DNA from: a virus
Lineage: Duplodnaviria; Caudoviricetes
Direction: 5' to 3' (one strand)
Virus record (IMG/VR): IMGVR_UViG_3300046795_000082
Span: 8,267 to 72,266 of that record
DNA length: 64,000 nt
Below, in pieces: positions 53,203 to 62,534 of this stretch. Each line of letters opens with the position of its first letter. The stretch's first letter is position 1. The position numbers were made by a program, and so were the translations under genes. The notes under the pieces are model-generated. The model worked only from the letters and a program-made list of their open reading frames with translations, was not told where the DNA came from and ran no database searches.

Positions 53203-53781
53203 CTACCGGCTGCGGCGCAGCGGTCGGCTGAGCGCTTTCTTGGCTTTCCTGGGCGGGGCCAGCTCCGCGGGGGCCTGGAGGGGCTTGCGGCCGTACTTGG
53301 CTTCCAGCGCCGGGTCGGGCAGCATGATGTCACGTTCGCCGGTGATCGGGTCTGGCAGGTTGAGGCCCTTGGCCAGGGAGCGGTCCTTCTCGGCCTGGAA
53401 GCCTTCCAGCTCGGCGGGGCTGAAGTTGCGGGGGTCGCCTCCGGCCGTGGGGTAGTCCCGGCCTCCCGCCCAGCGCGGCGCGATGGACTGCCAGAAGGTC
53501 ATGGCCTTCTCGCCGAGCCCCTCCCGCTGCGCCTGGCGAGAGTGGGTCAGCTCGTGGGTGAAGACGTTGTCCAGCTCGTCGGACGAGAGGCCCTGCAGGG
53601 CGGAGGGGTTGTAGGTGACGTTGCCGAAGGGGCTGGTGTGCGCCTGGCCGCCGCGCGCCAGGGTGCCCATGATCGCGCCCTGGGGTTCGATCGAGACGCC
53701 GGCCACGTCCGGCATCTCCTTGCGGACCCGCGCGATCGATCCGGCGATCGGGTCGTCAGCCACGCCGCATACTCCGGCCAA
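53203..53781 (-). CDS. Zincin (HExxH) domain protein, DUF4157-like
   Basis: AHTSPFGNVTY...HELTHSRQ; alternative GTG start 53763. Confidence 0.6.
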   Translation of the reverse strand: MAGVCGVADDPIAGSIARVRKEMPDVAGVSIEPQGAIMGTLARGGQAHTSPFGNVTYNPSALQGLSSDELDNVFTHELTHSRQAQREGLGEKAMTFWQSIAPRWAGGRDYPTAGGDPRNFSPAELEGFQAEKDRSLAKGLNLPDPITGERDIMLPDPALEAKYGRKPLQAPAELAPPRKAKKALSRPLRRSR

Positions 53782-54394
53782 AGGTGCGCGGCTTGGCCAT
53801 ACTGCGAGGCGCGGCGAACGTGCTAGCGGGGGCCTGCATGGTCTGCGGCTGCGCCATCTCCTGCGGCGCGGCCATGCCCTGCTCTTGCGCGAGACCGACC
53901 GGTGAACTCATGCCTGGCGGCTGCTGCATCCCGGCGGGGCCGCCCATCATGTCACCCGCGCCGGCCACCGCGCCGCCGATGCCGCCCGCGCCCAGTCCGC
54001 CGCCGATGCCGCCGCCCGTCATCGAGTTGCGCCAGCCGCCGAGGCCACCCGGCAGGCCACCCATGAGATGCGGATCGACCCGTCCGCGGTTCCAGTTCTG
54101 AAAACTCTTCTGATCGGGGAACGACGCGGGAGCCCCGGCTGGCTGCCCACCCTCCCCCCACGAGAATTTGCCTTGGGACATTCCCGGTCCCATGATGCCC
54201 GCGACGCGGCCACCCATCGCCTGGCCCGCGGCGCCGGCCCCCGCGGCTGCACCCAGGCCGCCAGGCGCTGGGGGAGCCGCTGTGCCTGGGCCCTTCATCC
54301 CGGGCAGGCCAACCGCGCCACCGACGCCCTTGACGCCAGGAATCGAGCCGAAGGCTTTGCCTACCGCACCGCCTAACGCATCGAACATCCCCAT
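53756..54394 (-). CDS. Gly/Met-rich low-complexity protein
   Basis: TAATG coupling to upstream gene. Confidence 0.55.
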   Translation of the reverse strand: MGMFDALGGAVGKAFGSIPGVKGVGGAVGLPGMKGPGTAAPPAPGGLGAAAGAGAAGQAMGGRVAGIMGPGMSQGKFSWGEGGQPAGAPASFPDQKSFQNWNRGRVDPHLMGGLPGGLGGWRNSMTGGGIGGGLGAGGIGGAVAGAGDMMGGPAGMQQPPGMSSPVGLAQEQGMAAPQEMAQPQTMQAPASTFAAPRSMAKPRTFGRSMRRG

Positions 54395-55221
54395 TACGAA
54401 CCTCCTGCGTCTGCAGCTGGTTTATCCGGCTCGTCTTCGTCCTCGTCCTCAGGCGTGTCTACGTCATCTGGCTCAGGTGCCAGGTCTGGCAGTTCGGGTT
54501 CGGGTTCGGTCTCGTCGGGTTGCGTCATCATGGGCCTCCGGGGACGGAAGAGCACTTCGCCGACGGCTTGCTGGAGCTGTTCCAGGACGCCGGGGCCGTG
54601 CGCGGCGACTTGGGTCGCGGCGACGACCTGGTTCTGTTGAATCAGCAGGCCTCCACCCTTGGCGACCATCTGGCCCAGTTCCAGCGCGAGCTTCTGGCGG
54701 TCGAGGTCAGGCTCGGACCGAACGGCGCCGGTGCCGTGGCAGGTGAAGCAGGCGTGGCGTTTGGCCTCGTCGCCCTTGCACGCGGGGCAGACGATGGGCA
54801 GCGGCGTCGCGCGGGTCATCACATCCTCGACGATCGGGGGCAGTTTGCGCGCGATGATGGCGCTCGCTTCCACGTGGGCACGCGTGATGACGGCTTTCTT
54901 GTAGGCGGCGAGCAGGTCGGCGACGGTGAGGCCGGCGCGGTGGCAGAGCGTGCGGAGGCTCCAGTGGGCGTAGCGCGGGTCGAGGAGGTGGGTGACGACC
55001 TGGTCGACGTCCGGAGCGGTCGTGGCGACGCTGAGGACCTGGGCCAGCTCCTCGCGGCCTCCGATGACGCGTGCGAAGGTTTCGACTGCATCGTCGTTGA
55101 GCGTGGCTTCTGCCGGCGTCAGGAACTCGGGTTGGCGCGCGGCGGCAGGAATCAGCGCCGTGGTCGACGATGCGGCGTGCGGCCGGCGTCGTTTCCGGCC
55201 GCTGGTGACCGAGAGGGCCAC
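54394..55221 (-). CDS. Putative terminase small subunit with Zn finger
   Basis: Helical, CPACKG...CFTCHGTG, acidic tail, upstream of terL. Confidence 0.5.
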   Translation of the reverse strand: MALSVTSGRKRRRPHAASSTTALIPAAARQPEFLTPAEATLNDDAVETFARVIGGREELAQVLSVATTAPDVDQVVTHLLDPRYAHWSLRTLCHRAGLTVADLLAAYKKAVITRAHVEASAIIARKLPPIVEDVMTRATPLPIVCPACKGDEAKRHACFTCHGTGAVRSEPDLDRQKLALELGQMVAKGGGLLIQQNQVVAATQVAAHGPGVLEQLQQAVGEVLFRPRRPMMTQPDETEPEPELPDLAPEPDDVDTPEDEDEDEPDKPAADAGGS

Positions 55222-55222
55222 C

Positions 55223-55381
55223 TTAGCGGTCCTCTAGTTCTCTGACGGGGCACGGCGCGCGGTGCGTCAGCGTCGCGTCTGTCGGCTTACCGTCGTACTT
55301 TAGTTGCACGTACGCCTGGCAGTGCTTGCATTGGAGCCAGTGCCCGGGTGGATCGCTCGTCCAGTAGTAGGCGAGATTCAC
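55223..55381 (-). CDS. Small Cys/His protein (52 aa)
   Basis: GTG overlapping upstream TAG; WLQCKHC...HRAPC. Confidence 0.45.
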   Translation of the reverse strand: MNLAYYWTSDPPGHWLQCKHCQAYVQLKYDGKPTDATLTHRAPCPVRELEDR

Positions 55382-55593
55382 TAGCGTGCTCCATGGCTGG
55401 TGATGATTCTGTGGCCGAGGAGCTGGTGCGCGAGTTCGCCGACACGCGTGAGGGCGAGCACGCGCGCGGGCTCGGGATAGGGCTGCGGGCGGAGGAAGCG
55501 TGCGACCTCCGGGTCGTGCGTGGCGGGTAGGACGACCGTCGCGGTGTCGAGTGCGGGCCGCGTTTTCCGCGTACGCCCTCTCATTTGGCTCAT
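55381..55593 (-). CDS. Hypothetical protein
   Basis: ATGA coupling. Confidence 0.45.
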   Translation of the reverse strand: MSQMRGRTRKTRPALDTATVVLPATHDPEVARFLRPQPYPEPARVLALTRVGELAHQLLGHRIITSHGAR

Positions 55594-55946
55594 TGGCGCG
55601 CGGCGGCGAGGCGCGCGAGCTGGTCTTCGCGCTCGACGAGGCGTTTATGGAGATCCACGGTTTTCTCGTCGGCGAGATAAATCAAGATTTCGTCCTCGTC
55701 GGGGATGTGGCCGGTGTCGCGGTGCGTGCGCGCGACGTATTCCTGGGCCAGGTAAGCATCGTTTGAGTCGAGATGGTCGACGCCGGTGTCGGCGCGCAGG
55801 GTCAATTTGTCGAGCGGGAGCGTCGGATCGAGCTTTTCCGCAATCCGGAGCAACGCGGCGCCCTGGCTTTCTAGGGCGACGCGTATTCCGCCAAGTTCTT
55901 TCACCAGGCGGCGGAGGAGCAGGGCGCTCGATAAAGCCTTCAACAT
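55590..55946 (-). CDS. Hypothetical protein, first gene of the late operon
   Basis: GAGG RBS. Confidence 0.55.
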   Translation of the reverse strand: MLKALSSALLLRRLVKELGGIRVALESQGAALLRIAEKLDPTLPLDKLTLRADTGVDHLDSNDAYLAQEYVARTHRDTGHIPDEDEILIYLADEKTVDLHKRLVEREDQLARLAAARQ

Positions 55947-56899
55947 CCTCGTTCGACTCTCCGATCAGCCTGGAACCCTGCCATCAGCAGCTCTCGTGGG
56001 CCTTGAACATCGCGTCTCGGGAGGGAAGCACGGGCAGCCAGGCTTGTCTAGCCCCCTTTTGGCCAGATTTTCAGAATTTTCAAAATTGAGCTGAGGTCGA
56101 GCGAGCGCGTTCGCTGACCGCCGCCCCCCGTCCCCGCGGACAATCGCCCGCCATCCGGCCTGCCGCCGGCCGCCACGAGCCCACGTCGAGCCCTTGCCTC
56201 CCACACCCACACGCGTGTCCCTGCACCAGGAGGCCCGTAGAGGGGCTCAGCGTGGGGTACAGCGAGCGCGGCGACGAGGGGAAGGCCCGCCATATGGGCG
56301 CTGCTGGCACCTCGTCAGGGCGCCGGCCAGGACGCCTGGCGGCCCGGCGTGCAGTTTCGTAAGCCTGCGAGGCTTGTGGAACCTTCACAAGCGCTGCGTC
56401 GTCTACCTCACTGCGCCGAGCACCAGGGCGCGACGGCGGGCTGGGACGAGGAAGCGACAGACCAGACCGGCGGTTGACAACCGAAGCGACGAGGCAAGCC
56501 CCTAGACCCGGTGGATCCGGGCGCAGCAGGGAGAGCGGCCTAACCCGGAAAGACCAGGGCGTCCCAAGACGACGGAAACCGACCATAAGCGCGGTAGGGA
56601 GAGGCCTGCAGCCCCACGAGAACCTGCAGGACAGGCGCAGTCGAACACTCGCAATCGAGAGGACCATCGCACGGCGAGTGCAGACGTAAACAGAGCGACC
56701 CTCAAGCCCCCGAGTCAGGCCGGAGTATCCGTTGAGCGCATCCACCTGGCAGGTGGTGCGTCGAACGCGCGAGGAGCCCCGTAGGCTAGACTTCGCCCGT
56801 TGGACGGGCCACCTGCCCACCCCACACCCACACACGTGCCAGAGCGCCCACACAGCGCCCGGCACGACAGAGCCACGTGCGAAGAGAGAGAGGCACTCG

Positions 56900-57925
56900 A
56901 TGATCGCATCTGAACTGCTGCAGCTGCTGGCCAGCTGCATTCCGGCCCGACACAATGTGCTCGTCGAAGGCGAGCCCGGCGTCGGTAAATCGGCGCTGCT
57001 GCTAGAGGCCACACGCCTGGCCGGCGCCAACCTCATCATGTCGAACCCGGCCGTCGAAGAGCCCATCGACACCCGAGGGTTCCCCGCAGTCATCAATGAG
57101 CGGGCGACCTTCCTGCCCTTCGGGCAGCTGGCCCAGGCCATCGCCGCGGACCGGCCGACGGTCTGGGCCCTGGAAGACTTCGGGCAGGCGACCCCAGCGG
57201 TCCAAGCAGGCTACATGCAGCTGCTCTGGGCCCGCGGCGTCGACATCCACCGGCTGAGCGAACACGTGACGTTCGTCGCCTGCACCAACGGGCGCAAGCA
57301 CAAGGCGAACGTCTCTGGCATCCTAGAGCCGGTCAAGTCGCGGTTCGTCACGATCGTCGAGCTGAAGGCCGACATTCACGCCTTCGCCGCCTGGTATGCG
57401 ACGACCAACCTGCCGCCCATCCCGCTCGCCTTCGTTCGCACCAGGCCTGACCTGCTCTCCGCCTTCGTCCCGTCGAACGACCTGGTCAACAGTCCGTCGC
57501 CGCGCACCTGGGAGAACCTGGCGAAGCTCGTCGCGCTGAACCTGCCGGCCGGCATCAAGGCAGAAGCCTACGCGGGCGCTGTGGGCGCAGGCGCAGCGAC
57601 CGAATACCTGGCCTTTGAGGCCATCTACGCTGAGCTGCCGTCGGTGCAGGCCATCCTGGCGAACGGCAACGCGGGCGACATCCCGAGCGGCCGGGCCGAC
57701 AGGATGGTGCTGCTGACCTCCGCCCTGGCCTACTACACGACGCCGGCTAACTTCCCCCAGGTCGGGCGCTTCATTGAACGCCTGCTGACGGCCGGCGAGG
57801 GCGAGTATGCAGCCCTGCTCATCACTGACGCCGAGCGGCGCCACCCGGAGCTGACCGCGACGCCGACCTACGCCAAGCTGATGACTGGCGAGCTGGGGCG
57901 CATCCGCTCCGGGCGGGCCGCATGA
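56900..57925 (+). CDS. MoxR-like AAA+ ATPase
   Basis: GEPGVGKS, WALEDF, VACTN, PVKSRF, SPRTWE. Confidence 0.85.
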   Translation: MIASELLQLLASCIPARHNVLVEGEPGVGKSALLLEATRLAGANLIMSNPAVEEPIDTRGFPAVINERATFLPFGQLAQAIAADRPTVWALEDFGQATPAVQAGYMQLLWARGVDIHRLSEHVTFVACTNGRKHKANVSGILEPVKSRFVTIVELKADIHAFAAWYATTNLPPIPLAFVRTRPDLLSAFVPSNDLVNSPSPRTWENLAKLVALNLPAGIKAEAYAGAVGAGAATEYLAFEAIYAELPSVQAILANGNAGDIPSGRADRMVLLTSALAYYTTPANFPQVGRFIERLLTAGEGEYAALLITDAERRHPELTATPTYAKLMTGELGRIRSGRAA

Positions 57926-58011
57926 CGGCCGGCGAAGAGCGAACCATTCAGGCGCTGCTGCGGGCGGGGCTGAACGCGAAGGCGATTGCGTTCACGCTCA
58001 GCCTGCGGTAG
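57922..58011 (+). CDS. Tiny HTH-like peptide (29 aa)
   Basis: ATGA overlap; IQALLRAGLNAKAIA. Confidence 0.35.
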   Translation: MTAGEERTIQALLRAGLNAKAIAFTLSLR

Positions 58012-58052
58012 GCGCCACACGTCCACACACGTGCCTGAGAGAGAGAGCGAAC

Positions 58053-58979
58053 ATGACCACACACACACTGGCGACGCCGGCCGCCGCGAGCGGGCCGGCC
58101 ATCCACGGGCGCGCCCTGCTGGCGAGCCTCCACATTTCGACCTGGATCGCGAAGAAGTTTGACCGCCAGGCTACGGCCAAGGTCCACGCCATCTACAACG
58201 CGCAGGAGGGGAGCGCCCGGGTCAACAAGGACCTGCTGCCTGGCGCGGCCGTCTACGCGCAGCTGATCCAGCGCTTCGGCGCCATCCGCATCGAGCACAA
58301 ACGGCGCACCCTGGCCTGGGGCGACGCCAAGGACGGCTGGCGCCTGCTGACGACCGCCGCCTTCGCCGACTACACCGACTGGCTGCGGAAAGAGACCGCC
58401 GCGGTCGACGCCCTGGCTGACGCGTTCTGCATCGAGTACCCGAGGCTCATCCCCATCGCCAAGCGGGCGCTGAACGGCCTGTTCAACGAGGCCGACTACC
58501 CGAGCCCGGAGCGCATCCGGGACCTGTTCTCCATCAAGGTCGACTACGCGCCAGTACCGGCCGTCGGCGACGTCCGGGTGGACCTGGCCGCCGACCAGAT
58601 TGCCGCGATCGAAGCGTCGATCACCGACCGGGTGCAGGCCAGTGTGAACGTCGCGATGCGCGACGCCTGGACCCGGCTGCACACCGTCGCCGCCCGCATG
58701 GCGGAACGCCTGAGCACACCCGACGGCGTGTTCAGAGACACCCTCGTCGCCAACGCGATCGACGTCTGCGACTCGCTGAAGCGCCTGAACGTCACCAACG
58801 ATGCCGACCTGGAAACGATGCGCGCCCGCATCGAGGTCGAGCTGACCCGCCACAGCCCACAGGCGCTGCGGGACGACACCGACCTGCGGCAGGAAACTGC
58901 CGGCAAGGCTCAGGCGATTGTCGACGCCATGGCCGGGTTCTTCACCGACACCCACACGGGGGACGACGATGCAGACTGA
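58053..58979 (+). CDS. DUF3150-like helical protein
   Basis: WIAKKFDR...NKDLL...YP...YPS...F pattern; sits between MoxR and VWA genes. Confidence 0.6.
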   Translation: MTTHTLATPAAASGPAIHGRALLASLHISTWIAKKFDRQATAKVHAIYNAQEGSARVNKDLLPGAAVYAQLIQRFGAIRIEHKRRTLAWGDAKDGWRLLTTAAFADYTDWLRKETAAVDALADAFCIEYPRLIPIAKRALNGLFNEADYPSPERIRDLFSIKVDYAPVPAVGDVRVDLAADQIAAIEASITDRVQASVNVAMRDAWTRLHTVAARMAERLSTPDGVFRDTLVANAIDVCDSLKRLNVTNDADLETMRARIEVELTRHSPQALRDDTDLRQETAGKAQAIVDAMAGFFTDTHTGDDDAD

Positions 58980-60267
58980 ACTGACCGCCCACTACCGCCG
59001 GGTCAAGAACTGCCGGGGCATCGTCCTGCTGGATGCCCCCTACTTCGGCTACCTGGCGACGCGCCTGACGCTGGTCGAGGACCCGACCTGCAAGACCTTC
59101 TGGACCGACGGGACGCGGATCGGCTATAGCCCGACCTACCTCGATAGCGTCACTGACGCCGAGGTGCGCGGAGTGCTGGTCCATGAAGTGCTGCACTGCG
59201 CCCTGGGCCATCCCTGGCGCCGCGGGCTGCGCGACCCCGACCTCTGGAACGTCGCCGCCGACTACGCGTTGAACCCGTTGGTCCTGGCCGGCGGCTTCAC
59301 CCTGCCGGCTGGCGCGCTACTCGATGACGCCTACTCTGGCCACAACGCCGAGTGGATCTACGACCGGCTGCAGGCGAAGCAGAAGAAGCAGCAGCCGCCG
59401 GCCGGCCAGGGCCAGGGCCAGCCGCAACCTGGCCAGGGTCAATCGCAACCTGGGCAGCCGGGCGACCAGGGCAAGCCTGACCAGGCCGGCAAGCCGACAC
59501 CGGGCGACGCGCAGAAGGGCTCACAACCGGGCCAGGCTGCCCCAGGACAGGCGAACGCCACGCCGGGTGTGGGTGAGGTGCGGGACGCCCCGCCGCCCGC
59601 TCCTGCGACCGACCAGGCCGACGGCGTGGCGCCTGACCTGACCGAGTCCGACTGGGCCGAGGCCGTCCAGATTGCCCAGCAAGTCGCCAAGCAGCAAGGC
59701 AAGCTGCCGGGCGGGCTGCGACGCGAACTCAAGCGGGCGCTGCGCGTGCCGGTCGACTGGCGCGCGGTCCTGCTGCGCTGGCTGCAAGAGCAGACGGCGG
59801 CCGACTACAGCTGGAACCATCCCAACCGCCGCTACGCGCGCTTCGGGTATGTCCTGCCCAGCCTGCACAGTGTCGACTGCGGGCGCCTGGCCGTCTTCAT
59901 CGATACGTCAGGCAGCGTCGACGACGTCGTCCTGGGGCAGTTTGGCGAACAGCTGAGCGCCGTCGCGGCAGCCGTGCAGCCCAGTGCTCTCGACGTCTAC
60001 TACTTCCACACCGCCGTCTACCGCCGCGAGACCTTCCTGCGCGGCGAGGACGTCGTGCTGAGCCGCAAGGTAGAGTCAGGCGGGACAGACTTCCGCCCCG
60101 GCTTCTCCGCGATCGAGGCCAGCGAGGACGGCAACCCGGTGGCCGCCATCTGGCTGACTGACCTCCACGGCACCTTCCCCGACGTCGAGCCCGACTACCC
60201 CGTGCTGTGGGCCGTCGTCGGCGGCGCCGAGCACAACCCCTGGGGCGAGCATGTCCCCGTCGAATAG
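58969..60267 (+). CDS. Metallopeptidase-VWA fusion (DUF2201-like)
   Basis: TDGTRI, HEVLH...WNVAADYA; Q/P/G linker; MIDAS DTSGSV, GGTDF, LTDLHG. Confidence 0.85.
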   Translation: MQTELTAHYRRVKNCRGIVLLDAPYFGYLATRLTLVEDPTCKTFWTDGTRIGYSPTYLDSVTDAEVRGVLVHEVLHCALGHPWRRGLRDPDLWNVAADYALNPLVLAGGFTLPAGALLDDAYSGHNAEWIYDRLQAKQKKQQPPAGQGQGQPQPGQGQSQPGQPGDQGKPDQAGKPTPGDAQKGSQPGQAAPGQANATPGVGEVRDAPPPAPATDQADGVAPDLTESDWAEAVQIAQQVAKQQGKLPGGLRRELKRALRVPVDWRAVLLRWLQEQTAADYSWNHPNRRYARFGYVLPSLHSVDCGRLAVFIDTSGSVDDVVLGQFGEQLSAVAAAVQPSALDVYYFHTAVYRRETFLRGEDVVLSRKVESGGTDFRPGFSAIEASEDGNPVAAIWLTDLHGTFPDVEPDYPVLWAVVGGAEHNPWGEHVPVE

Positions 60268-60324
60268 CGACCCCTGCCGGCAGGCCTGACCCGCCTGCCG
60301 GCCCTTCTGAGAGAGAGGCCGACC

Positions 60325-60468
60325 ATGTCCGATGCCACCTTCGCCGCGATTGTCATCCTGCGTTCACTCGCCGACCGGTCAACCGCGACGCCGTCTGCCG
60401 GCGCCTGCTGGTTGTTGAACGCCGCCCTGCACCTGGAAGGCCGCACGCCGGCCGTCCGCAACAGCTGA
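60325..60468 (+). CDS. Small early protein
   Basis: GA-repeat leader, 47 aa. Confidence 0.45.
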   Translation: MSDATFAAIVILRSLADRSTATPSAGACWLLNAALHLEGRTPAVRNS

Positions 60469-60480
60469 GAGAGGCCCACC

Positions 60481-60738
60481 ATGGACGACGCACCGATCAG
60501 AGCCATGCCGGCGAAGCTGCCGGACCTGGCTCGCCTGCAGGCTGACCTGGCCCAGGCCCGCCGCATGGAAGCGACCGCCGAGGACCGCTACCGCGGCCGT
60601 AGCAAGAAAGCGCACGGCGGGCGCCTCTACCGGCGCTTCGCCGCCTGGCGCGAGAAGCGCGAGCGGCTGCAGGCGCAGATCAGCGAGCGCATCGCCCGCG
60701 ACGCCGCGGTCAAGCGCATCGTCGACTCGCTCAGCTGA
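60481..60738 (+). CDS. Basic helical early protein
   Basis: GA-repeat leader. Confidence 0.6.
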   Translation: MDDAPIRAMPAKLPDLARLQADLAQARRMEATAEDRYRGRSKKAHGGRLYRRFAAWREKRERLQAQISERIARDAAVKRIVDSLS

Positions 60739-60789
60739 ACCACACACCCACACACGTGCCCACACAGCACCGAAAGAGAGAGAGACCCA

Positions 60790-61074
60790 ATGAACATCAC
60801 AATCCTGCGCGTCGCCAACGGCCCGGCCGGCAAAGTCGCCGACGCCGAGCTGCACTTCACCGACGGGCCCCTGGCGGGCCTGAAGCTCGTCGGGTTCAGC
60901 ATCTGGGAGCGCCGCAACGGCGGCCGCAACGTCACCTTCCCGGCCCGGAGCTACAGCGTGAACGGCGAGCGGCGCACGTTTGCCCTGCTGCGCCCGACCG
61001 GCGAGAACCAGGCGCAGGCGGCCCTGGCGGCGCAGATCATCGCCGCCTACGACGCCCAGCTGGCGACCCGCTAA
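60790..61074 (+). CDS. SpoVG-like nucleic-acid-binding protein
   Basis: KVADAELHF...LKLVGFSIWE...NVTFPAR. Confidence 0.6.
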   Translation: MNITILRVANGPAGKVADAELHFTDGPLAGLKLVGFSIWERRNGGRNVTFPARSYSVNGERRTFALLRPTGENQAQAALAAQIIAAYDAQLATR

Positions 61075-61116
61075 CCGACACACCCACACCCGTGTCAGCA
61101 GAGAGAGAGGCATCCC

Positions 61117-61650
61117 GTGAGCTACACACCCCCTGTGACGGTCGACCGCGACGAGGCCGGCCAGCCGTGGCTGTCTGGCCATTGCATCGTGCTGTCGGAC
61201 GTCCAGAATGACGTCGTCTGCCTGGTGCCCTTAGAGGACAACAACGCGCCTGACTTCTCGGCCACCGACCTGGAGTCGATCGCCCACGCCGACGGCCTGG
61301 CCAAGCAGCTGACCGCCTGGCCGGCCGTCGTCGCAGCGCTGCAGGTGCTGGTGCTCGACCGACGCACGCGCGCCTACCTTACCGCGAATGACCCGAAGGC
61401 CCTGGGGATGGCAACCCGTGCCCTCGACGCCGCCGGCCTGCAGTCGGCGCCGATCGACATGGCCCTGGCCGCCGAGGCCGAGCGCACCGACGAGGCCAAC
61501 CCACACCCCTGGGTGAAGTTCCCCTTCACGCCAGACGTCGCCGCGACGATCAACGGGCGGTGGTGGCTGGACGACGCCGTCGGGACAGGCCCCTACGAGT
61601 GGAAGGACCAGGACGGCGAGACCTGGGTCCGGCTGGCGCCCGAGGCGTAA
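61117..61650 (+). CDS. Hypothetical early protein
   Basis: GTG after GA-repeat leader. Confidence 0.6.
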   Translation: MSYTPPVTVDRDEAGQPWLSGHCIVLSDVQNDVVCLVPLEDNNAPDFSATDLESIAHADGLAKQLTAWPAVVAALQVLVLDRRTRAYLTANDPKALGMATRALDAAGLQSAPIDMALAAEAERTDEANPHPWVKFPFTPDVAATINGRWWLDDAVGTGPYEWKDQDGETWVRLAPEA

Positions 61651-61660
61651 GGAGGGACCC

Positions 61661-61834
61661 ATGCCGAGACAGCTGGCAGTGCGACGCCAGGCCGGTAAGG
61701 TCGTCGTCGTGCTCAACAACATCGTGCACACGATCAGCGAGCCCGCCTTCATCGAGCTGATGCACGCCGGCCTGGGCGTGCTGGAAGCCATCACCCACCA
61801 GCGAGCCGAGCAGCAGAAGGGAGAGACCGCATGA
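61661..61834 (+). CDS. Small early protein
   Basis: AAGGAGG RBS, 57 aa. Confidence 0.55.
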   Translation: MPRQLAVRRQAGKVVVVLNNIVHTISEPAFIELMHAGLGVLEAITHQRAEQQKGETA

Positions 61835-62097
61835 GACGCCGACGCATGACCCCCGACGAACAGCAGGAGCGGCGCGAGGCCCGCTACCACGGGGCCCGCT
61901 GCACCGCGGCGCTGCGACACTTCAGCTTCCACCAGGGCGAGGCCAATCAGTGGCGCGCCCTCGACGGCCATAGCGGCCACCTGACCGTCCTGTGGCAGGA
62001 GCGCGCCGATCGCCACGCCACCGACGCCTACGAGCAGGCCGTCAAGGCGGCCCACCACGCGCGCCTGGCCCAGCAGGGCCGAACGGAGAAGCCATGA
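61831..62097 (+). CDS. Hypothetical early protein
   Basis: ATGA coupling. Confidence 0.55.
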   Translation: MRRRRMTPDEQQERREARYHGARCTAALRHFSFHQGEANQWRALDGHSGHLTVLWQERADRHATDAYEQAVKAAHHARLAQQGRTEKP

Positions 62098-62291
62098 CTG
62101 ACCGACAGAGCGACCCCATCCACGAGTTCCTGACCTGGCTGGGCGAGACCATCGCTGACGCCGACGCGGAGCACCTCCGCAACAAGCGACGCATGGCTGA
62201 TGCCGTGCGAATTGCGCTCCTGCACGAGCGGCTGATCACGCTGCGCGAGGTGTGGAATGCGCTGCCCCCGGCGCTGCGGACGGGCCAGTGA
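62094..62291 (+). CDS. Hypothetical early protein
   Basis: ATGA coupling, GGAG RBS. Confidence 0.55.
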   Translation: MTDRQSDPIHEFLTWLGETIADADAEHLRNKRRMADAVRIALLHERLITLREVWNALPPALRTGQ

Positions 62292-62503
62292 AGGGCCGGC
62301 CGTCCGCCGACTACACCGTGTGCCCAGCCTGCAACCGGCGCACGGTGCTGTTCCACATGGCGCCGCGGGGCGAGGACTACGTCGCCTGCACCCGGCCCGC
62401 CTGCGACTGGTCGACCTACACCGAGCCCGAGCACTGGGACCGCCAGGGCCACGTCGACCTGGCCCTCTGGCACGCGCTGAACCCGCCGCGCGAGGACCCC
62501 TGA
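62288..62503 (+). CDS. Zn-ribbon early protein
   Basis: GTGA overlap; CPAC...CTRPAC. Confidence 0.55.
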   Translation: MKGRPSADYTVCPACNRRTVLFHMAPRGEDYVACTRPACDWSTYTEPEHWDRQGHVDLALWHALNPPREDP

Positions 62504-62534
62504 GGGACACTCCCACACACGTACCCACACACCG

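Noticed and set aside
56474-56503. sigma70 promoter at TTGACA 56474
   Set aside because: No acceptable -10 at 16-18 bp; the hexamer lies within a palindrome
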